Assembly: GCF_009914755.1 (NCBI RefSeq)
Contig: NC_060947.1
Direction: 5' to 3' (one strand)
From: the human T2T-CHM13v2.0 reference genome, Homo sapiens
Length of the DNA: 64,000 bases
Below the pieces are notes generated by a model. The model ran no database searches, was not told where the DNA came from, and saw only the letters and a list, made by a program, of their open reading frames with translations. Positions 28,575 through 42,650 of this stretch are shown here, one piece after another (position 1 is the stretch's first letter; each line of letters starts with the position of its first letter). The position numbers and the translations under genes were made by a program.

Positions 28575-31500
28575 ATTTATTCATTAACATTGAGATATGT
28601 TTCTTCTAGACCCAGTTTTCTGAGAGTTTTTATCATGAAGAGATGGTAAATTTTATTAAATACTTTTTCAGCATTAATGAAACAATTGTATAGTTTTTAT
28701 CCTTCATTCTGTTGATATGATGTATCACATGGATTGATTTGCATATGGTGAACCATCCTTGCATCCCAGGAATAAAATCAACGTGGTCATGATGCATCAT
28801 CTTTCCAAAATATTGTTGAATTCAGTTTACTAGTATTTTGTTGAGAATATTGTATGAATATTCTTCAGAGAAATTGGCCTCTAGTTATTTTTTCTTGATA
28901 TGTCTTTGTGTGGTTCTGGTATCCTGGTAATACTGCCCACATAGAAGGAGTTTGGAAGTATTCCCTTCTCCTCAATTTTTTTAAAGAATATTTTGAGAAA
29001 GACTGGTATTAGTTTTTCTTTAAATGTTTGGTAGAATTTCGCAGTGAAGCCATCAGGTCCTGGGCTTTTCTTTCCTGGAATAGTTTTTATTATAGTTTTT
29101 ATCTTACTACTTGTTACTGGTCTGCACAGGTTTTCGATTTCTTCCTGGATCTATCTTGTTAGGTTGTACGCAGAATCAATTGCAATGTCTCCTTTTTTAT
29201 TTGTGATTTTATTTATTTCAATCTTCTCTCTTTTTTCTTAGTTATTCTAGCTGCAACTTTGTCAATTTTGTTTAACTTTTCTGAAAACTAACATTCTTTT
29301 ATTGATTTTTAGTATTTTATTACAATATCATTTATTTCTGCTCTAATCTTTATTATTTACTTTCTTTTACTAATTTTGGTTTGTTTTTAATTTTCTAATC
29401 ATTTGAAGTGTATTATTAGGCCCAGTGTGGTTCCTCACGCCTGTAATCCCAACACTTTGGGAGGCTGAGGTGGGTGGATCACTTGAGGCCAGGAATTTGA
29501 GACCAGCCTGGCCAACATGGTGGAACCCCATCTCTACTAAAAATGCAAAAAAATTAACTGGGTGTGGTGGTGCAGGTCTCTAATCCCAGCTACTCTGGAG
29601 GCTGAGGCAGGAGAATTGCTTGAAAGGTGGCAGAGGTTTCAATGAGCCGAGATCTCACCACTGCACTCTGTTGCCTGGGCAACAGAGTGAGACTATATCT
29701 TAAAAAAAATAAATAAAAAATAAAATAAAATTTATCATTAGATTGTTTAGTTGAAGTTCGTTTTTTCTTTTTTTGATATGGGCACTTATACCTATAAATT
29801 TTGCTCTTAGCACTAGTGTTGGGTGCATATATATTCAAAAATTTTATATCCTTTTGCTGAATTGACCCCTTTATGATTATATAGTGACTTTCTTTGTCCC
29901 TTCTTATAATTTATGTCTTGAAATCTGTTTTTTTCTAATATAAGTATAATGACTGCTGCTGTTTTTTGGTTTTCATTGGCATAGAATATCTTTTTTCAAC
30001 CCTTTATTTTTAGTCTAATTTTGTCTTTAATGATAACGTGTGTTTCTTATAGGAAACAAATCAACGGGTCTTGTTTTTTCATTTATTCTGCCTATGTCTA
30101 TTGATTTGAGAGTTAGTCCTTTTACATTCAATGTTATTATTGATAAGTAAGAACTTACTCCTGTCAATTTGCTTTGTTTTGTTTTGTTTTCTGGTTGTTT
30201 TGTGGTTTTCTTTCTTTCCTGTCTTACTCTAATAAAGAAAATTTTCTCTGGTGATTTAATTTACTTTCTTGTTTTTTATTTCTTTTGTATCAATTGTATG
30301 ATTTTTGGTTAGAAGTTACCATGAGGCTTGCAAATACTATCTTATAATCTTATAACCCATTATTTTAACCTTACAACAACTTAACCGTATTTGTATTAAC
30401 AAGTACACAAACAAGCCAAAAAAAAAAAAAAACACTAATGTAAACTCACCTTAACTTTATCCTCCTGCTTTTTAACTTTTTGTTGTTTTTATTTATGTCT
30501 TATTCTACTGACTATGTCTTGAAAAGCTGTTGAAATTATTTTTGATTGGCTCATCATTTTGTCTTTCTACATAGGATAATGTAGTTCACACACCACAGTG
30601 ACAGTGTTATAGTATTCTGGCTTTTCCATGTACTTAGTATTTCCAGTAAGTTTTGTACATACAGATAATTATTTAATGCCAATTAATGTTTATTATTATT
30701 ATTTCTTGTTGAAATACTCTCTTTAGCATTTCTTATGGAATGATGTTACTATTGATGAAATCTTTCAGCTTTTGTTTGTCTGAGAAAGTCTTTACTTTTT
30801 TATGTTCGAAAGATAATTTTTTATGGATATACTATTATAGGATGAAAGTTTTCTTTTCTTCAGCACTTTAAATATGTCACTCTCTTCTGTCCTATAAAAC
30901 TTCTACTGAAAAGCCTGCTGCCAGAAATAGTGGAGCTCCATTACATGTTGTTTGTTTCTTTTCTTTTGCTGTTTTTAGGATCCCTTTTTCATCCTCAACC
31001 TTTGGGAATTTGATTATTAAATTCCTTGAGGTAGTGTTCTTTGAGTTCTATCTGCTTGCTGTTCTATAACCTTCTTGTACTTGGATATTGATATCTTTCT
31101 CTACGTTTGGAAAGTTCTCCATTATTATTACTTTAAATAAATTTTGTACCCCATATCCTTCTCTGCCTCTTCTTTAAGGCCAACAACTCCTAGATTTTCT
31201 TTTATGAAGATATTTTCTAAATTCTATAGGTGTGCTTCATTGTTTTTATTTTTATCTCCTCTTAATGTATTTTCAAATAACCTGTCTTCAGGTTCACTAA
31301 TTCTTTCTTCTGCTCTACTTATTCTGCTATCAAAGAACTCTACTGCATTCTTTAGTATGCCAATTGCATTTTCAGCTCCATTATTTCTGCTTATTTTTAA
31401 AAATTATTTCAATCTCTTTTTAAAATGTATCTGATAGAATTCTGAATACCTTTTTAATGTTATCTTGAATATTTTTTAGTTTCCTCAAAATAGCTATTTT

Positions 31501-33644
31501 GAATTAACGGTTTGAAAAATAACATAGCTGTTTCTCCAGGATTGTCCCCAGGTGCCTTATGTAATTCATTTGGTGAGGATATGTTTTTCTGGATCGTGTT
31601 GATGCCAGGGATGGTGATGATGCTAGCAGATGTTATTTGGTGTCTGAGCATTAAAGAGTTAGGTATTTATTGTAGTCTTCACTGTCTGGGCTTATTGGTA
31701 GCCATCCTTTTTGGAAAGGTTTTCCAAATATTTACTTTCTCCCAAACTTACAGAGTCTCTGTCTCTATTCTGAGCCACCTAAACCTATGGATAGAGTGAC
31801 AGTAGCATCCTTGTGGTCACCTCCACTAGGACTGCACTGGGTCAGACCTGAAGCCAGCACATTGCTGGGTCTCAACCAAGGCTTGTGTAACCACTCCCTT
31901 GCTACTGCCTATGTTTGCTCAAGACCCTGGGGCTGTACAATCAGTAGGTGGCAAAGCAAGCAAGGCCTGCGTCCTTCTCTTCAGTGCAACTAGGACTGCA
32001 CTGGGTCAGACCTGAAGCCAGAACTGTGCAGGGTCTTGGCAAAGGCTAGTTGTAACAAATGCCTTGCTACTGCATATGTTTGCTTAAGGCCCTGAGGCTG
32101 TACAATCAGTAGGTTGCAAAGCCAGCCAGGCCTGTGTCTTTCCCTTCAGGGCAGCAAGGATCCCAGACCCAGGTGCACCAAGAAGTGCTGTCAAGCAGAC
32201 AGGAACTAAAGTCATCAATCTTAGAAGTCTAATTGGTATTCTATTGTCTTTTGGCTGAGCTGAAACTCAAATCACAAGATGCAGTCCTTCCTACTCTTCC
32301 CTTTCCTTTCCAAAGGCCAAGGAGCCTTACCTTATAGCCACCTCCACACCAGGCCACAAAGAGTACTGCCAGACTACTACAAATGCTCCCTTAAGGCCCA
32401 AGGTATTTTATGTCAGCTTGTAGTGAATGCTGCCTGGCCTGGGACTCACCCTTCAGGGCAATGGGCTCCCCTCTGGCCCAGAGCAAAGCCAGAAATGCTG
32501 TCCAAGAGTCAAGTCCTGAAATTGAGGTCCCCAAATGTTGGCTTGGTGCTCTAACCCCCCTGGTGCTGTTGGACCTAAGGCAAAATTCAAATTCCCCTTT
32601 ATTTTCCTTATGCTTTTCTCAAGTAGAAGAATTTTTGCCTCGTAGCCATGACAGCTGGTGATGTGCTGAGTGCCACCTGAGGCCAGCAAGTCTCAGAGGC
32701 TCACCGAGGCCCTCAATGTATTACATGGTATTCAGTGCTCAAGGTCTCTTCAGTTAAGAGGTGATGAATGCTGACAGGACTCGGTCTTTTCATTCAAGGC
32801 AGCAGCTTCCCTTCTGGATCAAGGTGTGTCTACAAATATTGTCTGGGAGCTAGGACCTGGAATGGGGTTCTCATGACTCTGACCAGTGTCAATCCTGCTG
32901 TGGCTGAGCTGGTATCTTAGATGCGAGAAAAAGACCTCCTTATTCTTTCCTGTTCTCTCAAGTGGAAGGAAGTCATCTCTTTTGTAGCCCTGATCTGTAA
33001 AGCCTGGCATTTGGAGAGGGGCGATTCCAGCACTCCATTGGCTGCCCCAGCTGGTGTCTCAGTATGTTGCATGCCCTTTCAGTCCACTGTCTCTGGGTCT
33101 ATTTTATTCCTAGGACTCGCCTAACAGTTGCAGTTCTTACAGCCACGACTGCCTTTCAAGTTTACTTAGAAATGCAGAGCACTTTGGTCCTCAGTGGTGA
33201 GGTTTGAGGGCACTCAAGTTCAATCTGCTGAGACTGACAATGTCCCTCTGGCTAGGGCTCATTCAAATGCTCCCTCTGTGGGCCAGTGTCAGCTAAGTTT
33301 TGTCTGTTTTTTGTTTCTGCTCTAACAGAACAGCTTTGAGTTCAATGCCTCACAATTGCTTTGCTCTCACTCCCCCAGCACCCAGAGATGATTTCTGCAC
33401 CAGGCTCCCAGTGTCATGGGGGTGGGAGAAGTGTGGTGTCTGCTATTCAGGACTGTCTTTCTTATCCCTTCAGTGCCTCCTTCAATGAAATGAAGTTATA
33501 ACCAGGTAGTATGAGTGGTCACCTGATTTTTGTTTTTCATGAAGGTGTTTTACTTCTGCACAGATAGTTGTCAAGTTAGTGTCCTTGTGTGTGTTGGGGG
33601 GTAATCAATGGAGATTTCTCTTTCACTCTCTTGCTCTGCCTCCT
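28575..33644 (-). mobile_element. L1MA/L1M1-type element: complete 5' UTR, ORF1 and partial ORF2; 3' end missing
   Basis: 5' terminus 'tcttgctctgcctcc'; ORF1 remnant (NTIQKNISSPNELHKAPGDNPGET); antisense ORF2 text at 28575-30150. Confidence 0.85.
29419..29730 (+). mobile_element. Alu, old AluS (Sz/Sx-like)
   Basis: Dimeric Alu with 'cacttgaggccagga', A-rich tail, TSD approximately tat(t/c)atta. Confidence 0.92.
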
Positions 33645-33835
33645 CAAGATGGCAACAATAGACACTGAAGACTAATAGAGGAGGGATGGAGGGAGCCGAA
33701 GAAGGGTGGAAAACTATCCAGATAACAAGATCATTTATGTTTCAAATGCTGGCACCACACAATATACCCGTGTAACAAACCTGCACATATACCTCCTAAA
33801 TCTATAACCAAATTTGAAATTATAAGAAAATGTGA
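33645..33835 (+). mobile_element. L1 3' UTR end (L1PA16/PB-like), probably the tail of the 22672 element
   Basis: 'atggcaacaatagacactg...caatatacccgtgtaacaaacctgcacatatacctcctaaatcta' plus A-rich tail. Confidence 0.75.
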
Positions 33836-33839
33836 AAAA

Positions 33840-34081
33840 AGTAAACAATAAATCAAATAAGATATGAAAGATAATTTATTAATTATTTTGAATTATCTAA
33901 AAATTAAAACACAAAATATCAGAATTTGTGAGATGCTGTTAAAGCAATATTTATAAAAAATTATAGGACTAAATGGCTATATTATAAAAGAAAGATGATC
34001 TCAAAACAATGAAAACAATTACATTTAAGAAGCTAGAGAAAGAAGAGGAAATTTAAAACAAGAAAGACAAATAAAGAAAAT
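33840..34081 (+). mobile_element. Ancient L1M host ORF2 piece 4
   Basis: 'aacacaaaatatcagaatttgtgagatgctgttaaagca...aagaagctagagaaagaagag' continues from 22671. Confidence 0.75.
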
Positions 34082-37000
34082 GGGGGGAAATGGCAGACAG
34101 GAGGCAGGACTAACTTGCAGCTCCTACTTGTATGAACAAAACAGCATGTGAAGACTCACACTGTGAACCTTTGCTTCAAGAATAACCACAAGAACATACT
34201 AGTAAAGCCAAAAGAATTCATAGACCCTTTGAAAAAGTTGCTTGCCTCTACAAACATTGAGAGACAGCCGAAAAACTGAGTGCTCAAAATGTCAGAAGGA
34301 TAAAGTCTGCCTCTGAACACACATTCTCACCAGGGAGCCTGAAAATCCAGATCACGGGAGAAAGACTTAACTTTACCTAGAGCTGAAATAAATTTAGAGA
34401 GCCCAGTGAAATATATAAGTAGAAGAAGCAGTGGGAAGTGCCCTGTAGGCACTCCCAACCCCCAAGGAAGTCCAGGGAACCAATTCCTGACTTTATCTCA
34501 CAAGGGTCCTTGTAGGGGGCTGCCAGTGGAGTTGGGGAAAGACCATAGAGAGAAGGAAACTTTCAGCTGAACTTTGTAATAATTTAGAAGGAGCGCAAAT
34601 TTTCAAGGGCAGAATCCGGGGGTGGGGGGTGAACAGAAGAGCAGATAACAGCACAGAAGCTGCAGCTGGGAGGGGCGAAACCTGAAACACTGCCTGCTTT
34701 CTCAGTGGAGAGGCTTGTAGTCTGGAGAAAGTTCCCAGCCCTGCTCACCGGCTGCCTGGATATAAACTCTGTGTTGTTGGAAAAGCACGGCGGGAGTGAG
34801 ACTGGCCTTTCTGGCTGCCTGGAAGCTAGGTGAAGCCTGTCATGGCCAGCTTTCCCGGACTTCCCTGGTGATCTGTATGGTACAGCAGAGGCAGTCATAA
34901 TCCCCCTGGGAACATAAATTCATCAGCCTGAGAACCATATCCCCAGCCCCCAACAGTGGCTCCAGCAAGCCCCACCCAAAAAGAATCTGAGCTCAGACAT
35001 ACATAACCCTTTCCCCACCTGATGGTCTTTCTCTTATCCAAGTGACCCTAGTGCAAGCTTGTGTCCTCCCTATACTACCACAGCGGATGTTGTCTTGAAA
35101 GTGCCACCTCCTGTCTGGAGGCCAACCAACACAAACTATTACAGCAAATTATAAAAGAACAATCCTGCCCCCAGAAAAGAGAAAACAACAGCTAATACCG
35201 CCACCTGCAACATCCTGGCTAACCAGAAGTCCTGAGTCTGTCCATGTGACAACACTACTGCCAGCACAACCAGCATTTGAGAAAACCAGCACGCTAAACA
35301 AAACTACAATAAGGTCTCACACAGAGTCTACCACATTCCCCTGCTACCTCCACTGGAGAGGGGCTGGCATCCATGGCTGAGAGACCTGAAGACAGATCAC
35401 ATCACAGGACTCTTTGCATACATTTCCCAGTACCAGCCTGAAGCCCAGTAGCTCTGCTTGGTTGCTAGATCCAGAAGAGAAAAACCAATAACTGCAGTCT
35501 GGCTCTGAGGAAGCTTCATCCCTAGTGGAATGGGTAGAGCACCACATCAAGGTAGCACATCATCTGACAAAAGAATCTGAACAGCAGCCTTTGAGCCTCA
35601 GATCTTTCCTCTGACATAGTGTATCCAAATAATAAGAAACTAGAAAATAAGAAGAAACCAGAATAATAATTCTGTTAATATGACAAAACAAGGCTCTTTG
35701 ATACCCCCAAAAGATCACACTAGCTCACCAGCAATGGATCCAAACCAGGAAGAAATCTATTAATTGCCAGAAAAAGAATTCAGAAGGTTAATTATTAAGC
35801 TACTCAAGGAGGCACCAGAGAATGGTGAAACCAACTTAAAGGAATTTTAAAAAATAATACAGGATATGAATTTAAAAAATCCAGAAAATAGATGATAGCA
35901 TAAATAAAAAGCTATCACAACTTCTGGAAATGAAGGACACACTTAGAGAAATTCAAAACACACTGGAAAATCTCAACAATAGAATAGGATAAGTAGAAGA
36001 AAAACTTCAGAGCTTGAAGATAAGGCTTTCAAATTAATCCACTCTGACAAAGACAAAAAAAAATCAAAGATATAAACAAAGCCTCCAGGAAGTTTGGGAT
36101 TATGCTAAATGACTAAACCTAAGAATAACTGGTGTTCCTTAGGAAGGAAAAAATTCTAAAAGTTTGGAAAACATATTACAGGGAATAATCTAGGAAAACT
36201 TCCCTGGCATTGCTAGAGATCCAGACACCTAAATACAAGATGCTCAAAGAAAACCAGAGAAATTCATCACAAAAAGACCATCACCTAGGCACAGAGTCAT
36301 CAGGTTATCTAAAGTCAAGATAAAAAAATAATAATAATCTTAAGAGCTGTGAGACAAAAGCATTAGGTAACCTACAAGGAAAAACCTATCAGATTAACAG
36401 CAGACTTCTCAGCAGAAACCCTACAAGCTAAAAGGGAATTAGGGTCCTCTTTTTAGCCTCCTTAAACAAAACAATTATCACCCAAAAATTCTGTATCCAG
36501 AGAAACTAAGCTTCATATATGAAGGAAAGATATAGTCTTTTTCAGACAAAAAAATGCTGAGACTATTTGCCACTACCAGTCCAGCACTATAAGAACTGCT
36601 AAAAGGAGCTCTAAATCTTGAAACAATATGTCAATACACAAAAATAGAATCTTCTTAGAGCATAAATCTCACAGGACCTATGCAGCAATAGCACGATTTA
36701 AAAAAAAGATATTCAGGCAACAACTAGCATGATGAATAGAATTGTACCTCACATCTCAATACTAATACTAAATGTAAATGGCCTAAATGCTCCATTTAAA
36801 CGATACAGAATGGCAGAAAGGGTAAGAATTCACAAACCAAGTATCTGCTGTCTTTCAGAGATTCATCTAACACATAAGGACTCACAAAAACTTAAAGTAA
36901 ATGGGTGGAAAAAGATATTATATGCAATGGACCACAAAAGTATGCATGAGTAGCTATTATTATATCAGACAAAACAGACCTTAAAGAAACAACAGTTAAA

Positions 37001-40000
37001 AAAGACAAAGAGGAAGATTATATAATGATAAAAGGTCTAGTCCAATGAATGTACAAAACAAATATTTGCAGAACATTTTACCAAACAACTGCAGAATATA
37101 CATTCTATTCATCACAACATAGAACATTCTCCAAGACAGACCATATGTTTGAAAAGCTGAAAGAGAACAAATAGACAATCTAAGGTCACACCTCAAGGAA
37201 CTAGATAAAATAGAACAAACCAAACCAAAACCCCATGGAAGAAAAGACATAACAAAGACCAAAGAAGAGTTAAATGAAATTGAAACAAAAAATACCACAA
37301 TAAATGAAACAAAAAGCTAGTTCTTGAAAAGATGAATAAAATTGATAGACCATTAGTGAGATTAACCAAAAAAGAAGAGAGAATATTCAAGTAAGCTCAA
37401 TTAAAAATGAAATACAAGATATTACAACTTACAACTGATACAAAAGAAATACTAAAGATTATTCAAGCCTACTATGAACACTTTTATGCACATGAAGTAA
37501 AAAAACTAGAGATGGATGAATTTCTGGAAATACACAAGCCTTCTAGATTAAACCAGGGTGAAATGGAAACAATGAACAAATGAATAACAAGAAGTGATAT
37601 TTAAATATTAATTTAAAAATTGCCAACAACAAAAAAAGTACAGGATCAGATGGATTCATAACTGAATTCTATCAGAAATTCAAAGAAAAATCGTTAACAA
37701 TCCTGTTGACAACATTTCCAAGGATAGACAAAGAGGGAGTCCTCCCTAAATCATTCTATGAAGAGAATATCATCCTAATACCAAACCAAAAATGGAAATA
37801 ACAAAAAAAAGAAAACTACAAATAAATATCCCTGTTCAACATAGATGGAAAAATTCTTGATAAAATACTAGCTAACCTAATCCAACAGCATTTCAAAACA
37901 ATAATCCACCATGATAAGTGGGTTTCATGCTAGGAATTCAGGGATGGTTTAACATACACAAGTAAATAAATGTGATACCCCACAAAAACAAAAACAAAAA
38001 TCATATGATTATTTCAATAGATGCAAAAAAAACATTTCACAAAATTCAGCATGCTTTTATAATTAAAACCCTCAGCAAAATTGACATGGAAGGTAGCTTT
38101 ATACTTTAAGGTAATAAAAGCCATCTATGACAAACTCACAGCTAACATTATACTGAAGAAGAGTTGAAAGCATTCTCCCTGAGAAATGGAACAAGATAAG
38201 AATGCCCACTTTGACCAATTCTATTCAAGACACTACTGGAAGTCCTAGCCTGAGCAATTAGAAAAGAGAAAGAAATGAAGGACATCCAAATCGGTGAAGA
38301 GGAAATAAAACTTCTGCAGTTTGCTGATGATATGATTGTATACCTTAAAAACCCTAAAGATGAATCCAAAATCTCCTAGAACTGATAAATGAATTCAGTA
38401 AAGTTTCAGGATACAAAATAAATTTAAACAAATTAGTATCACTGTAAAACACCAAAAGTAACCAAGTTGAGAATGAAATCAAGAACCCAACCTCTTTTAC
38501 AGTTGCTGCAAAAATAAAATAAAATACTTAATAATATACCAGCATTAATCTGTTCTTATGTTGTATGAAGAAATACCTGAGACTGGGTAATTTATAAAGG
38601 AAACAGATTTAATTGGTTCATAGTTCTGCATTCCTGGGGAGGCCCTAGGAAACTTAGAATCATAGCATAAGGGAAATGGGAAGCAAGGCATCTTCTCCAC
38701 AGGGCAGAGGGATGGAGTGAGTGCAAGCAGGGGAAATGCCAGACATTTATAAAACCACCAAATCTCATGAGACTCATTTACTATGATGGGAATATCATGC
38801 AGAAAAGCACCCCTGTAATCCAATTACCTCCACCTAGTCCTGGCCTTGACACATGAGAATTATGAGGATTATGGGGATTACAGTTCAAGATGAGATTTTG
38901 AGGGAGGACATAGCCAAGCCATATCTTTTCACCCCGGCCCGTCCCAAATCTCATGTTTCCACATTTCAAAACACAATCATGCCTTTCCTACAGTACCCCA
39001 AATTCTTAACTAATTCCAGCATTAATCCATAAGTCCAAGTCCAAAGTCTCATCTGTGACAAGGCAAGTCTCTTCCTCCTATGAGCCTGTAAAATCAAAAG
39101 CAAGTTAGTTACTTCCTACATACAATAGAGGTATAGGAATTGGGTAAATACATCCTTTCCAAATGGGAGACATTGGCCAAAACAAAGGGGTTACAGGTCC
39201 CATGTAAGTCCAAAATCCAGCAAGGAAGTCATTAAACCTTTAAGTTGCAATGCTGTCTCCTTTGACTCCATGTCTCACATCCAGGTCATGTTGGTGCAAT
39301 AGGTGGACTCCCACAGTCTTGGTCAGCTCTGCCTCTGTGGCTTTGCAGGATGCATCCCCCTTCTAGGTTGCTTTTATGAGCTGGTGTTGAGTGCCTGTGG
39401 CTTTTTTGGTGGATCTACCATTCTGGGGTCTGGCAGATGGTGGCCCTCTTCTTACAGTTCCACTAAGCTATGTCCCAGTGGGGACTCTGTATGGGGGCTC
39501 CCAACCCATATATCCCCTCTGCATTGCCCTAGCAGAGGGCCTCCATGAGGGCTCTGCCCCTGCAGCAAACTCCTGCCTGGAAATCCAGGCATTTCCATAC
39601 ATCCTCTGAAATCTAGGAAAGGTTCCCAAACAATTCTTAATTTGTGTGCACAAACAGGCTAAATACAATGTGGAAGCTTCCAAGGCTTGGGGCTTCCACC
39701 TTCTGAAGCCACGGCCCAAGCTGTTCCTTGGCCTCTTTTATCTACAGCTAGAGCTGAAGCAGCTGGGATGCAGGTCACCATGTCCTGAGGCTGCACAGAG
39801 CAGGGGGACCCTGGACCAACCCACAAAATCAGTATTCTCTCCTGGCTTCCAGACCTGTGATGGGAGAGGCTGCAATGAAGGTCTCTGATACGCCCTGGAG
39901 ACTTTTCACCAATTGTATTGGTGATTAATATTCAGCCCCTTGTTACTTATGCAAATTTCTGCAGCAGACTTGTATTTCTCTCCAGAAAATGGGTTTTTCT

Positions 40001-42180
40001 ATTCTATCACATCCTCAGGCTGTAAGTTTTCCAAATTTTTATCCTCTGCTTCCTCTAGATTACTTTGCCACTTAGAAACATCTTCCACCAGACACCCTAA
40101 ATTATCTCTCCCAAGTTCAAAGTTCCACACATCTCTAGGGCAGAGGCAAAATGCTTCCAGTCTCTTTGCTACAGCATAGCAAGAGTCACCTTTAATCCGG
40201 TTCCCAAGAAGTTTCTCATCTCCATCTGAAACCACCTCAGTCTGGATTTCATTGTTCACATCACTATCAGCATTTTGGTCAAAACCATTCGAAAAGTCTC
40301 TACAAACTTTTCCACATCTTCCTGACTTCTTCTGAGCCCTCCAAACTGTTCCAGCCACTAACAGTTACCCAGTTCCAAAGTTGCTTACACATTTTCGGGT
40401 ATCTTAACAGCACTACCCCCCACTACCTCAGTACAAATTTACTATATTAGTCCATTTTTACATTGTGATGTAGGAATACCAGAGACTGTGTAATTAATAA
40501 AGAAATGAAGTTTAATTAAATCACAGTTTCACAATGCTGAGGAGGCCTCAGAAACATACAACCATGGTGGAAGGTAGGTGAAGGGGAAGCAAGGCACCTT
40601 CTTACAGGGTGGCACGATGGAGTGAGTTCAAGCAGGGGAAATGCTAGTGGCTTATAAAGCCATCACATCCCATAAGACTTACTATCCTGAGAACAGCATG
40701 GGAAAGATTGCTCCCATGATCCAATTACCTCCACATGGCCCTGCCCTTGACACATGGGAATTATGGGGATTATAGTACAAGATGAGATTTCTGGTGGGGA
40801 CACAGCCAAACTATATCAATATCTAACCAAAGAGGTGAAAGACCTCTTCCAGGAAAACTACAAAACACTGCTGAAAAAAATCATAGATAACACAAACAAA
40901 TGGAAACCCATCTAATGCTCATGGATGCATAGAATCAATATTGTGAAAATAACCATACTGCCAAAAGGAATATAAACATTCAATGCAATTCTCATCAAAG
41001 CACCATCATCATTCTTCACAGAAGTAGAAAAAACAATCTTAAAGTTCATATGAAACCAAGAAAGAGCCCACATAGCGAGAGCAAGATAAGCAAAAAGAAC
41101 AAATCTGGAGCCATCACTTTACCTGACTTCAAAATACACTACACGACTACAGTTACCAAAACAGCATGGTATTGGTATAAAAACAGGCATATAGACCAAA
41201 GGAACCAAATAGGGAGCCCAGAAATAAAGCCAAATACTTACAGCCTACTGATCTTCAAAAAAGCAAGCAAAAACATTAAGTAGGGAAAGGACAGCCTACT
41301 CAACAAATGGTGCTGGGATAATTGGGAAGCCACCTGTAGAATAAAACTGGGTCTTCATCCCTCAGCTTATAGAAAAATCAACTCAAGATGAATGAAGGAC
41401 TTAAATCAAAGACCTGAAGCCATAAAAATTCTAGAAGATAACATAGGAAAAACCCTTCTAGACATTGGCTTAGGTGAAGAATTCATGACCAAGAGCTGCA
41501 AAGCACATGCAACCAAAACAAAGATAAAGACATGGGAACTAAGTAAACTTAAAAGCTTCTGCACAGTAAAAGAAACAATCAGCAGAGTAAACAGACAACA
41601 CACAGAGTGGGAGAAAATCTTCACAAACTATGCGTCTGACAACAGGCTAATATCCAGAATCCACAAGGGACCCAAACAAATCAGCAAGTAAAAAACAAAA
41701 AATCTCATCAAAAAAGTGGGCTAAGGATATGAATAGACAATTATCAGAAGAATGTATACAAATGGACAACAAACATATAAAACAAACATATAAAAAATGC
41801 TTACCGTTACTATCAGGGAAATGCATATCAAAACTACAATGCAATATCACCTTACTCTTGCAAGAATGGCCATAATTTTAAAAATCATAAATAATAGATG
41901 TTGCTCTGGATGTGGTAAAAAGGGAACACTTTTAAACTGCTGGTGGGAATGTAAAATGGTACAACCACTATAGAAAACAGTATGGTAATTCCATAAATAA
42001 TTAAAAATAGATTTACCATTTGATCCAGGAATCTTACTACTGGGTATATACTCAGAGGAAAAAAAAGTCGTTATACAAAAAAGACACTTGCACAAGCATG
42101 TTTATAGCAGCACAATTAGCAATTGCAAAAATATGGAACCAGCCCAAATGGTCAACAATCAATAAGTGGATTTTTTAAAA
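34082..42180 (+). mobile_element. Near full-length L1PB (L1PBa-type 5' end), interrupted by THE1; lacks its own 3' UTR
   Basis: Start 'atggcagacaggaggcaggactaacttgcagctcc'; ORF2 N-terminus MMNRIVPHISILILNVNGLNAPFKRYR; RT 'tttgctgatgatatg' (FADD). Confidence 0.9.
38541..40818 (-). mobile_element. Full-length MaLR provirus, THE1D-like (LTRs 38541-38926 and 40443-40818)
   Basis: Two direct ~380-bp LTRs around a ~1.5-kb THE1/MST internal region; 5-bp TSD atacc/atatc; host L1 ORF2 is collinear across it. Confidence 0.9.
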
Positions 42181-42320
42181 GTACAGAGACAACCTACAAA
42201 GTGGTAGAATATTTTTGCAATCTATCCATCTGACAAATATCTAATAAACAGAATCTACAAGGAACTTAAGCAAATTTACAAAAGAAAACCCCAAACAACC
42301 CCATTTAAACGTGGGCAAAG

Positions 42321-42650
42321 GGCAGGGCATGGTGGCTGATGCCTGTAATCCCAGCACTTTGGGAGGCCAAGGCAGGTGGATCGCCTGTGGTCAGGAGTTT
42401 GAGAGCAACCTAACCAACATGGTGAAACCCTGTCTCTACTAAATATACAAAAATTAGCTGGGTGTCGTGGCACATGCCTGTAGTCCCAGCTACTCATAAG
42501 GCTGAGGCAGAAGAATCATTTGAACCCAGGAGGTGGAGGTTGCAGTGAGCTGAGGTCGCACCACTGCACTCCATCCCGGGCAACAGAGCGAGACTCCATT
42601 TCAAAAAACAAAACAAAACAAAGCAAAACAAAACAAACAAAAGAAAAACA
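42321..42650 (+). mobile_element. Alu, AluSx-like, with (CAAAA)n tail
   Basis: Dimeric Alu; TSD approximately aaa(c)gtgggcaaag. Confidence 0.94.
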
